From a virus (Duplodnaviria > Caudoviricetes), in the IMG/VR virus record IMGVR_UViG_3300034032_000018, positions 1 through 44,338 of that record: 44,338 nucleotides of DNA, one strand, 5' to 3'. The position numbers and the translations under genes were made by a program. Positions within the stretch are counted from its first letter, which is position 1. Each line of letters begins with the position of its first letter. Shown here in pieces: positions 36,936-44,338 of this stretch. A model generated the notes under the pieces. The model made no database searches. It was not told where the DNA came from and saw only the letters and a program-made list of their open reading frames with translations.

Positions 36936-38710
36936 GGCGCCCGACACGAGTGCCGGTGCGCCGCATGATGATCGTGCTCGGCCTGCTCACCACACTGCTG
37001 TTCATCGTCATGGTCGCGGGCGGTGGCGCGGCTCGCGCTGCCGAGGGCCCGATGGGCGACCCCGGCGACGTCGGTATCTGGGACCGCATCAAGGGCACCG
37101 TGTCCAACGAGTGCCTCGCGGGCCCGCCCGAGGTCCAGTCGCCACGGGGCGAGGGCTTCCCGACGCCCTTCGTGCAGGTCCCCGAGACCATCGCGGGCGG
37201 AGCGCAAGGCCAGTGGCAGGAGTACGGCTTCGCCGGCCTCAAGTCCTTCACCTACGACATGGGCTGCACGATCACGAACGGGCCCAGCCAGGTCCAGGCG
37301 GCGTTCAACACCGGCACCGCCAACGACCTCGTCGGGCTCGCGCACTTCCTCACCGCCGTGGCCGACTTCATGGACAAGGCGTCGTGGGATCCGCGGTGGA
37401 TCACGGCGTTCTTCACCGACCTGGCGAGCACGCTCGTCGAGGCGTTCCGGCTCGCTGCGTTCCTGCCCTACGCCGCCATCGGCCTGATCTTCACCGTGAT
37501 CATGCTGCTGTGGCGCTCGCGCAAGGGCCAGGTCAGCACCGTGGCGCTGGGGACCGCCTGGGCCGCGACGGTCATCGTGGTCGCCACGCTGATCATGTCG
37601 AGTCCGCTGCTGCTGCCCAGCCTCGTGCAGAACCAGAGCGGCGGCATGGTGAGCGCGCTCTACAACGGCGAGGACCCGAGCGAGGCCGCGACCACGCGCA
37701 CGGTCGAGGCCATCCACGAGCAGGGCGCGCTGCGCCGCATGTTCGGCACGGACCCCTCCCCCGCTGCTGTCGCGGCGTTCCCGACGATCCTGCGCTCGAC
37801 GTCGTGGTCGTGGGTCGAGTACAAGGCGATCCAGGCTGACCCGGCGAGCAAGCAGGCCATGTGGGAGGCCAAGATGGACGCGCTCAACGAGGTCACCGCC
37901 GACCTCAAGGAGGCCGACCCGCAGGCGTACCAGAAGATGACGGGGCTCGAGCAGGACCGCATCGACCCCGCCGCGCTGGAGCTCGGCTACTCCGCAGTGA
38001 CCAACCTGTTCCGCATCGCCGCCGCCTTCCTGCGCGTGCTGTGCATCGTGGCGATCTTCATCATCGGGCTCGCCTGGCTGTTCGCGGCACCCTTCATCGT
38101 CACGCCGCAGGGCGAGAACACCGGGCGCGGCCTGCTCAACAACACCCTGCGCGCCGTCGGCTACTGCATCATCTCGATCTTGGGCTCCTACGGCTTCACG
38201 ACGTGGGCCGCCTTCGCCATGGCGCCGGACCTCACCGAGGGTCTGAGCCTGATCCTGTTGCTCATCGGGACCGTCGTGTTCTGGTCGCTGATCCGCCCCG
38301 ACCGCAAGATCCTCTCTCTCGCCACAGCGGGGAAGGTGCAGGGCTTCGGTGGGCTGACCAAGTTCCTCATCGACAAGATCAGCACCGCGGCGGCGGTCGG
38401 CGTCGGGGCCAAGGTCGGCACCGAGGCGGGCACCACGACGTCGAAGACGAGCGGCGCCAAGCCGACGTCCAGCGAGGAGTACGACCCGCCCGTCTACGAG
38501 GGAGTCGTCATCGACGAGCCACGCCCGGTCTACCAGCGCGGCGCGGGGCTCCCCTCGACGCCCACCGTGATCGACGGCGAGGCGTGGGAGGTCCGTCCGA
38601 CCGCGGGCGCGCTCGACGCTGAGCCCTCCAAGGTCGACGACGTCTCGGTGCCGCACTCCGAGGTCCGCTATGAGGTCGAGGTCTACCAGCGACCCCTGGT
38701 CGACCAGTGA
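36932..38710 (+). CDS. VirB6/TcpH-like polytopic membrane protein
   Basis: Signal-like N-terminus, extracellular loop with YDMGC, 6 or more TM segments, acidic low-complexity tail; GTGA-coupled to the ATPase. Confidence 0.7.
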   Translation: MRRPTRVPVRRMMIVLGLLTTLLFIVMVAGGGAARAAEGPMGDPGDVGIWDRIKGTVSNECLAGPPEVQSPRGEGFPTPFVQVPETIAGGAQGQWQEYGFAGLKSFTYDMGCTITNGPSQVQAAFNTGTANDLVGLAHFLTAVADFMDKASWDPRWITAFFTDLASTLVEAFRLAAFLPYAAIGLIFTVIMLLWRSRKGQVSTVALGTAWAATVIVVATLIMSSPLLLPSLVQNQSGGMVSALYNGEDPSEAATTRTVEAIHEQGALRRMFGTDPSPAAVAAFPTILRSTSWSWVEYKAIQADPASKQAMWEAKMDALNEVTADLKEADPQAYQKMTGLEQDRIDPAALELGYSAVTNLFRIAAAFLRVLCIVAIFIIGLAWLFAAPFIVTPQGENTGRGLLNNTLRAVGYCIISILGSYGFTTWAAFAMAPDLTEGLSLILLLIGTVVFWSLIRPDRKILSLATAGKVQGFGGLTKFLIDKISTAAAVGVGAKVGTEAGTTTSKTSGAKPTSSEEYDPPVYEGVVIDEPRPVYQRGAGLPSTPTVIDGEAWEVRPTAGALDAEPSKVDDVSVPHSEVRYEVEVYQRPLVDQ

Positions 38711-39120
38711 GCGCCGCCCTGCGGTGGCTGTTCACCACGCCCTCTCGCCTCTACGGCACCGTCGGCGCCCTGATCTGTCTCATGGTGATCTTCATGGTCG
38801 TCGTGATCGGCGTGCGCGTGGCGACGCTGCCCGTTGCGCCACGGAACGCCGGGGCGCAGGCGACCGAGCGGGCCTTCCCCGACGACAACGTCACCGAGGT
38901 CCCCGTCGACCTCGTGAAGCCGGGCAACCTCGAGGAGGCCGCGATGGCGTCCGTGGCCGAGGACGGGCACGGCAAGCCGGTCAGCGCCAAGGTCACCGCT
39001 CGCGACGGGCTTGTCCAGGTGGTCGAGGTGACGACGTCGACCGGCGAGGTGGGCGAGGTCATCCTGACTACCGACGGGCCGACCTTCGTCAAGGACAGCG
39101 TCACCTGGCGCAAGCCGTGA
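38707..39120 (+). CDS. bitopic membrane protein (possibly VirB8/TcpC-like)
   Basis: One N-terminal TM segment followed by a helix plus beta-strand domain; GTGA overlaps. Confidence 0.5.
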   Translation: MSAALRWLFTTPSRLYGTVGALICLMVIFMVVVIGVRVATLPVAPRNAGAQATERAFPDDNVTEVPVDLVKPGNLEEAAMASVAEDGHGKPVSAKVTARDGLVQVVEVTTSTGEVGEVILTTDGPTFVKDSVTWRKP

Positions 39121-40160
39121 AGCGCCTGGTGATCGTCGTGGCGGCGCTGCTTGCGCTGGGTTTCGTCCTCATCCCATCGCCGGGTGACGTGGCGGGCGCT
39201 GCGCTGGTCGAGCAACCAGCAGAGTGCGTAGACGACGCAACGGATGCCCCTGCCGGCCCCCCTGTACAGGTAGGGAGCGCCACGCAGGTCACGATGGCCG
39301 AGCTCGCTTCGCTGACCCGCGCCGCCCGCTTCGACGAGTACGGCGAGCAGGTGCTGCAGACCGCGGTGGCGACGTTCTGGCACGAGAGTGCTCGCGGCCA
39401 GATCAAGGCGAGGAACCCGACGTCGGGCGCCGCGGGGCTCACCCAGATCATGCCCGCCAACTACCGGAACCTCGGCGGCGACCCCGACGTGCCCGCAGAG
39501 AACCTCCGCATGGCGAAGCAACTCGCCGACGAGCGCGTCAAGGCGGGGCGCGACCCGCTGGGCCCGTGGGTGTCCTACACGAACGGCGCCTACGAAGAGT
39601 TCATGGACGAGGCGGCGGTCGCCCTCAAGGGCGGCTCCGTAGCGCCCAAGCCCGCCTACGAGAGCGCCGTGGCGGCGCCGTGCGGCTCGACCCCTGCCGT
39701 GCTCACCGCAGCGGGCCCTCCCGGCGCCGTAGGGCCCATCACGGGCAGCAACGGGCAGCTGGACACCTCCAAGCTCTGCCGCGTCGCCATCGCGCCGATG
39801 GCCGACCACATGGCGCTGCTGCAGTGCCCCGCGGCCAAGGCGCTCGACGCGCTGGCCGTGGCGTACGAGGCTGACCGCGGAGAGCGACTGTGCTACGGCA
39901 ACGGGTATCGCTCGCTGGCACAGCAGGTCACGCTCGCTCGGACCAAGCCGGGCCTCGCGGCGAAGGCTGGGACGTCGAACCACGGGTGGGGCCTGGCCGT
40001 CGACCTCTGCAACGGCGTCAACATCTTCGGCCACCCGGCGCATCAGTGGATGGTCAAGAACGCCGGACAGTTCGGCTGGATTCACCCGAAGTGGGCGCAG
40101 CGCAGCGGATCTCGTCCCGAGCCCTGGCACTGGGAGTACGGGGACACCTCGGCGTACTGA
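39117..40160 (+). CDS. secreted bifunctional cell-wall hydrolase: lytic transglycosylase + M15 (VanY-like) peptidase; VirB1/CwlT equivalent
   Basis: Signal/anchor; HES...NPTSGAAGLTQIMP (SLT); YRS..QQ, GTSNHGWGLAVD, EPWHWEY (M15). Confidence 0.88.
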   Translation: MKRLVIVVAALLALGFVLIPSPGDVAGAALVEQPAECVDDATDAPAGPPVQVGSATQVTMAELASLTRAARFDEYGEQVLQTAVATFWHESARGQIKARNPTSGAAGLTQIMPANYRNLGGDPDVPAENLRMAKQLADERVKAGRDPLGPWVSYTNGAYEEFMDEAAVALKGGSVAPKPAYESAVAAPCGSTPAVLTAAGPPGAVGPITGSNGQLDTSKLCRVAIAPMADHMALLQCPAAKALDALAVAYEADRGERLCYGNGYRSLAQQVTLARTKPGLAAKAGTSNHGWGLAVDLCNGVNIFGHPAHQWMVKNAGQFGWIHPKWAQRSGSRPEPWHWEYGDTSAY

Positions 40161-40166
40161 CACAGG

Positions 40167-40193
40167 AGGGCCTCGCCTGTTCGACGAGGCCCT
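40167..40193 (+). terminator. hairpin terminator ending the T4SS-like operon
   Basis: AGGGCCTCG / CGAGGCCCT 9-bp stem. Confidence 0.6.
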
Positions 40194-40299
40194 GCCCGCC
40201 TCTGCTCCCCAGCAGGGTCACCCGCCATCGCAACGAGGCTGTGCGGCGGGCTGCGACAAGCATCGGGGCTGTCCCGACGCTCGTCAACCGCACGGTCTG

Positions 40300-40329
40300 T
40301 TGACGTCCTGTCAAGAGTATGCGATCATC
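40300..40329 (+). promoter_or_regulatory. putative promoter/operator upstream of the RHH gene
   Basis: TTGAC-GTCCT-GTCAA palindrome over a TTGACG -35; the -10 is unclear. Confidence 0.45.
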
Positions 40330-40355
40330 GTTGGAACCAACCGAAGGAGGGTGCC

Positions 40356-40553
40356 GTGGCACTCGTGGCCGAGTTCACCGAGCCGCTCAACAGCATGGTC
40401 AGGCCCGATCAGCGGGAGTACGTTGACAAGCGCGCCGAGAAGCCAGGCGTCTCGCGAGGATCCCTCGTCCGTGACGCCCTGGACCTGCTCATGACGGCGC
40501 AGCCACTCGACTCGGAGCCGGATGTGCGGGAGACTGTCAGCCCCTCGCAGTAG
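40356..40553 (+). CDS. ribbon-helix-helix (CopG/Arc-like) DNA-binding protein
   Basis: PLNSMVRPDQREYVDKRAEKPGVSRGSLVRDALD fits strand-helix-G.S.S-helix; AAGGAGG RBS. Confidence 0.72.
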   Translation: MALVAEFTEPLNSMVRPDQREYVDKRAEKPGVSRGSLVRDALDLLMTAQPLDSEPDVRETVSPSQ

Positions 40554-40602
40554 GCTCCACTCCCCGCTCGGCACTCCCCATCGCTGTTGGAAGGTCCCCC
40601 GT

Positions 40603-42927
40603 ATGACTCTGTCCGTCCCCGTGATCACCGAAGACATGGACGTCACTCGCGCCGCGCTGGCCTACGCTGCAGCCGGCTGGTACGTCGTCCCAGTCAAGCA
40701 CGACACCAAGGCCCCCACCGTGCTCGGCAAGGGGTGGCAGCACCAGTCCTCGCGTGACCCCGAGCAGATCGTCGCGTGGTTCGCGGGCACGAACCACGCG
40801 CTTGGGCTGCACGTCGGTCGCTCAGGCGCCATCGTCTTCGACCTCGACGAGCCGGACTGCATCCCCGCAGTGCTGCAGCACGCCATCGAGACCGAGGCGC
40901 CGCCCTACCAGTCCTCGCGGGTCAACGTGCCGAACCAGGGCCACTACGTCTTCGCGGTACCGCCCGGTCGCTACTTCGGGAACGGGCGCGGCGGCATCAT
41001 GCACCCCGAGCACAAGGGCAAGTGGGGCGAGGTCCGTGGCGCCAACGGGATCATCGTCGCGGAGCCGTCCCTGCACACGAAGCCGGGCGGGCGCTACCAC
41101 TGGGTGAACGATGAGGGCGAGGCGCAGGAAGTCCCCGAACTTCCGAGCGAGCTCGCCGACCTGCTTCCCGACGGCACGCCGTCGAGCGACGTCGCCACCG
41201 ACGAGACCGTGGCGACCTTCCTGACCGAGCACCGCGCCGCGTCGGCGCCGCACCTGCTCACCCCGATCCTGCGGCGCTTCGCCAAAGAGGTCGAGGGGCA
41301 GTCCCGGCACGAGGCGCTGGTCGCCGCAGGGGCGTGGGCCATGCGTGACGCCCGAGCGGGCATCATCGACGCCCAGGAGGCGTACGACCAGCTGCAGACG
41401 CTGTTCCTCAAGGCCATGGCTGGCGAGGCCGGGCACGGTCGCTTCCCCAAGTCCGAGTTCCGCGGCGTCATGGCGTGGGCGGTCGGCCAGGCTCTCGCCA
41501 TCGACCCCGAGGCCCGCCGCGAGACGGTCGTGGAGCGCGTGGAGAAGCCCGCCGAGATCGGTGGGGACTGGGACACGCTGGACCCTACTGAGGCGCCCGC
41601 GGCTGCCCCTGCCGCCACGGAGCGGCGCCGAGACAGCGACGACTACTGGTACCGCGACTTCCTGCTGAACAAGATGGACGTCGACTCCGAGCTGCTGCTC
41701 AAGGACGTCATCGGGGCGGGGCCCATCGCCATCGCCCGCGACCACCGCTTCTGGTCCTACGAGGACGGCGTGTGGCGCGAGGACAACCTCGTCGTGCGCG
41801 AGCGCGTCATCGGGTGCCTCCGCAAGCGCGTGAAGCCGAACCACTGGTCGCTCATCGAGCAGATGCTGCAAGTGCCCGGCGTGATCCCGGCGCTCGAGGG
41901 TGACCCCACGCCTGACATGATCAACTTTCGGAACGGCATGCTCGACTGGAAGTCCGGCACGCTCATGCCGCACGCGCCGTCGTACCTGTCGACGATCCAG
42001 CTGCCGGTCGACTATGACATGACGGCGACCTGCCCGGCCTTCGATGAGTGGCTGAGCGAAATCCTCTCGCCGGACTACGTCAAGTTGGCCTGGCAGATGA
42101 TCGGCTACCTGATGATGAGCGGCAATCCGCTGCAGGTCGCCTTCCTCATGCTCGGCAAGGGCGGCAACGGTAAGGGCACGCTCATGCGCGTCATCAAGGC
42201 GCTGCTGGGCGACGAGAACATCAGCGCGCTGAGCCTCGACGACATCACGGGCAACCGCTTCGCCCCCGCCGGCCTCTACGGCAAGATCGCGAACCTCGCG
42301 GGTGACATCGACTCGACCTTCCAGGAGTCGACGGCGAAGTTCAAGATGCTGACCGGCGAGGACATGTTCACCGCCGAGAACAAGAACGCCCAGCCCTTCC
42401 GCTTCACCAACTGGGCGGTCCCGGTCTTCTCGGCCAACAAGATCTTCGGGTCCTCCGACACGACCGAGGGTTACCTGCGTCGCTGGATCATCATGAAGTT
42501 CGACCGGACCATCCCCAGTCACAAGCGGATCGCTGGGCTCGAGCGTCGCTTCATGAGCGAGCTGTCCGGCATCGCGTGGCGCGGCCTGGAGGCGCTGCGC
42601 GAACTCATGGAGGCCGGGCACTTCAAGGACGACGGCGACGTGAAGCAGGGCAAGGAGGAGTTCACCGAGGCGCTGGATCAGGTGCGCCAGTGGGTCTCGG
42701 AGTGCACCGCGCCGGACGACGGCAGCGAGGAGCGCACGGCCCTCTACGAGTCGTACAAGATGTGGGCGCACAAGGTCGGCGTCGGCACCCTGAGCGCCAA
42801 GGAGTTCTACAGCCGCCTCGACGGTGCGGGCTACCCCGCCGCCAAGGTGCACGGCGTCCGTCGCCACAAGGGCCTGCGCGTCACCGTGGCGCGCATGATG
42901 AGCGACGCCATGCTCACAGAGAGTTGA
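40603..42927 (+). CDS. bifunctional primase-polymerase fused to a D5/P4-type SF3 helicase
   Basis: ALAYAAAGWYVVPV, IVFDLD, GHYVF, EPSLH (prim-pol); INFRNGMLD, GKGGNGKGT, KMLTGED, FSANK, YLRRW (SF3). Confidence 0.92.
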   Translation: MTLSVPVITEDMDVTRAALAYAAAGWYVVPVKHDTKAPTVLGKGWQHQSSRDPEQIVAWFAGTNHALGLHVGRSGAIVFDLDEPDCIPAVLQHAIETEAPPYQSSRVNVPNQGHYVFAVPPGRYFGNGRGGIMHPEHKGKWGEVRGANGIIVAEPSLHTKPGGRYHWVNDEGEAQEVPELPSELADLLPDGTPSSDVATDETVATFLTEHRAASAPHLLTPILRRFAKEVEGQSRHEALVAAGAWAMRDARAGIIDAQEAYDQLQTLFLKAMAGEAGHGRFPKSEFRGVMAWAVGQALAIDPEARRETVVERVEKPAEIGGDWDTLDPTEAPAAAPAATERRRDSDDYWYRDFLLNKMDVDSELLLKDVIGAGPIAIARDHRFWSYEDGVWREDNLVVRERVIGCLRKRVKPNHWSLIEQMLQVPGVIPALEGDPTPDMINFRNGMLDWKSGTLMPHAPSYLSTIQLPVDYDMTATCPAFDEWLSEILSPDYVKLAWQMIGYLMMSGNPLQVAFLMLGKGGNGKGTLMRVIKALLGDENISALSLDDITGNRFAPAGLYGKIANLAGDIDSTFQESTAKFKMLTGEDMFTAENKNAQPFRFTNWAVPVFSANKIFGSSDTTEGYLRRWIIMKFDRTIPSHKRIAGLERRFMSELSGIAWRGLEALRELMEAGHFKDDGDVKQGKEEFTEALDQVRQWVSECTAPDDGSEERTALYESYKMWAHKVGVGTLSAKEFYSRLDGAGYPAAKVHGVRRHKGLRVTVARMMSDAMLTES

Positions 42928-42953
42928 CATGATCGCGTAGCCTGGCCGTCAGG

Positions 42954-43373
42954 ATGCTGACGATCAGGCGCGAGCACAGCCAAGAAGTCATCGCTCATGC
43001 GATGGAGGAAGCCGAGCGCAGCGATGGGCCCCGCGAGTGCGTGGGGCTCATCGTCTGCCACGTCACGACCCGGCAGTGCCGGGTGATCCGCCTGACCAAC
43101 TCCCACCCTGACCCGGCCAACCACTTCGAGGTCCGCGAGCGCGAGATCCGCGGCGTGTACCGCCAACTCATGCGCGAGCGCGAGTACATCGACGTGATCT
43201 ACCACAGCCACCTGCGCGTCGCTGCGGTCCCGTCGCAGGGCGATGTCGACAACGCCGACCTCGAGGACGCGCACTACCTCATCGTCGCGACGAGCGGACG
43301 CGGTCGGGCGCTGCGCTCGTGGCGCATCCAGGCCGGCGAGGCCCGCGAGGAGCCGGTCCACATCGAGGCTTGA
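42954..43373 (+). CDS. JAB/MPN+ (Mov34) metalloprotease
   Basis: PRECVGL and YHSH....AVPSQGD give an intact JAMM motif. Confidence 0.88.
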   Translation: MLTIRREHSQEVIAHAMEEAERSDGPRECVGLIVCHVTTRQCRVIRLTNSHPDPANHFEVREREIRGVYRQLMREREYIDVIYHSHLRVAAVPSQGDVDNADLEDAHYLIVATSGRGRALRSWRIQAGEAREEPVHIEA

Positions 43374-43399
43374 CAGGTCGTTGACAGGTAGTGCAAACT
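43370..43399 (+). promoter_or_regulatory. putative promoter with tandem TTGACAGGT repeats
   Basis: TTGACAGGT at 43370 and 43381; TTGACA-N18-CAAACT; ATG 6 nt after the -10, so possibly leaderless. Confidence 0.55.
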
Positions 43400-43405
43400 A
43401 GGCAC

Positions 43406-43522
43406 ATGGACTTCATCCCCCGTCGAGGCGAGTTCGACGACTACCAGCCCTTCCGGCACAACGAGGCGAAGCAGTGGCTCGCGCTCATCGCCCTCTTGAT
43501 CTTCCTCGTGGTCTTCCTGTGA
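43406..43522 (+). CDS. 38-aa membrane peptide (MDFIPRRGEFDDYQPFRHNEAKQWLALIALLIFLVVFL)
   Basis: Translated by hand; GC3 bias; stop overlaps the next GTG. Confidence 0.6.
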   Translation: MDFIPRRGEFDDYQPFRHNEAKQWLALIALLIFLVVFL

Positions 43523-43995
43523 GCACCTGGGCCGACGTCGAGGTCGGCGACGAGGTCAAGGGCCGCGACGGCAACGCGTGGGCCGTCGAGAAGATCGCGA
43601 ACAAGAACAAGGGGCTGCTGCGCGCCGCGACGATCATCCGTGGCGACAAGAGCTTCGACGTCGAGATGCCGACCGGGCGCGACGTCGAGATCCTGAGCAA
43701 GGGCGCCCCGCAAATCAAGGGCGTCGAGCCGACCGACCTCGCGGCTGCAGTGGTCACGTCGACCATCGGCGGCGAGGTCATCAAGGTCGACGACGGCACG
43801 AGGCTCCCGCCGCGGTCGCCCCGCACGTTCCAGCACGTCGGCTCGCTGCTCGGCCACCTCTACGTCGAGCACGGGATCCGCGACCTGCCCACCGCGTCGA
43901 AGGCGGCGCACGTCCACGCAGAGCACCACGAGGCAGTCCTGCGCCGCGAGGCGCTGCAGGGCTACCGCGACCACACCCACGACCTCGGAGAGTGA
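43519..43995 (+). CDS. hypothetical protein with a His-rich C-terminus
   Basis: GTG 43519 (GTGA overlap) in ORF 43474..43995; HLYVEHG...HAEHH...DHTH. Confidence 0.7.
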   Translation: MSTWADVEVGDEVKGRDGNAWAVEKIANKNKGLLRAATIIRGDKSFDVEMPTGRDVEILSKGAPQIKGVEPTDLAAAVVTSTIGGEVIKVDDGTRLPPRSPRTFQHVGSLLGHLYVEHGIRDLPTASKAAHVHAEHHEAVLRREALQGYRDHTHDLGE

Positions 43996-43998
43996 CGG

Positions 43999-44338
43999 AT
44001 GAACTCGATGAGCCTGGCCGGCGCTGCTGGCCCCACCGCGCTCGGGTGCCTCGACGACCTGTGCCGCTTCCTACGCAGCGTCGGCGCCACGCCGATCACG
44101 TCGTCGTTCAAGCACAGCATCATCGGGCCCTCCACGATCAGGGACAACGAGGGCAACGTCATCGCCGTGCTGCCAGGACATCCCGACGCCTGGCACCGCA
44201 TGGAGGTCGAGGTCGAGCACCAGTGCGACGGCGAGACGTCGTGGTGCAACCGCTGCGAGGAGCGCGAGCGCGCCATCAGGCGCCACGGAGACCAGTCGAC
44301 CTGCGAGGTGTGCGGCGGCGCCATCGAGTTCTGGCAGC
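43999..44338 (+). CDS. partial hypothetical protein with a Zn-ribbon-like CxxC...CxxC; truncated by the window edge
   Basis: GGAG upstream, ATG 43999, open to the end of the window; CNRC and CEVC. Confidence 0.6.
   Translation, partial: MNSMSLAGAAGPTALGCLDDLCRFLRSVGATPITSSFKHSIIGPSTIRDNEGNVIAVLPGHPDAWHRMEVEVEHQCDGETSWCNRCEERERAIRRHGDQSTCEVCGGAIEFWQ

Noticed and set aside
39117-40160. SLT/M15 protein as a second endolysin or a vancomycin-resistance VanY
   Set aside because: It has a signal anchor, is coupled to the T4SS-like operon, a separate lysin-holin pair exists, and no van cluster is present
42924-42943. TTGACA overlapping the helicase stop as the JAB promoter
   Set aside because: The nearest TAnnnT (TAGCCT) is only 8 nt away
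24-44324. Many long minus-strand and alternate-frame ORFs (e.g. 19282..22038, 12298..14616, 40822..42930)
   Set aside because: They are shadows of high-GC3 plus-strand genes, rich in Arg/Gly/Ala and lacking motifs or RBS

Overview
This GC-rich window is part of an actinobacterial long-tailed (siphovirus-type) phage or phage-plasmid, and every credible gene lies on the + strand. From 0.7 to 24.1 kb it carries a complete virion module: terminase small and large subunits, portal, MuF-like head protein, scaffold, major capsid protein, head-tail connectors, major tail protein, a tail assembly chaperone with a -1 frameshift, a 1557-aa tape measure and minor tail proteins. A lysis cassette follows at 24.1-27.8 kb (membrane proteins, amidase endolysin, holin, and a papain-like peptidase with rearranged motifs), then a fibre-like module with 22-aa His-rich repeats at 27.8-32.5 kb and a heptamer-repeat non-coding region at 32.55-32.82 kb. 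The main surprise is a translationally coupled operon at 32.9-40.2 kb resembling a Gram-positive conjugative/T4SS mating-pair-formation system: pilin-like, VirB3-like, VirB4 ATPase, VirB6-like, bitopic protein, and transglycosylase plus M15 peptidase. After it come a ribbon-helix-helix regulator, a prim-pol/SF3 helicase and a JAB metalloprotease. No integrase, relaxase, coupling protein, tRNA or CRISPR array is visible, but the element runs off the window edge. All product calls come from motifs and synteny read by eye; no searches were run.
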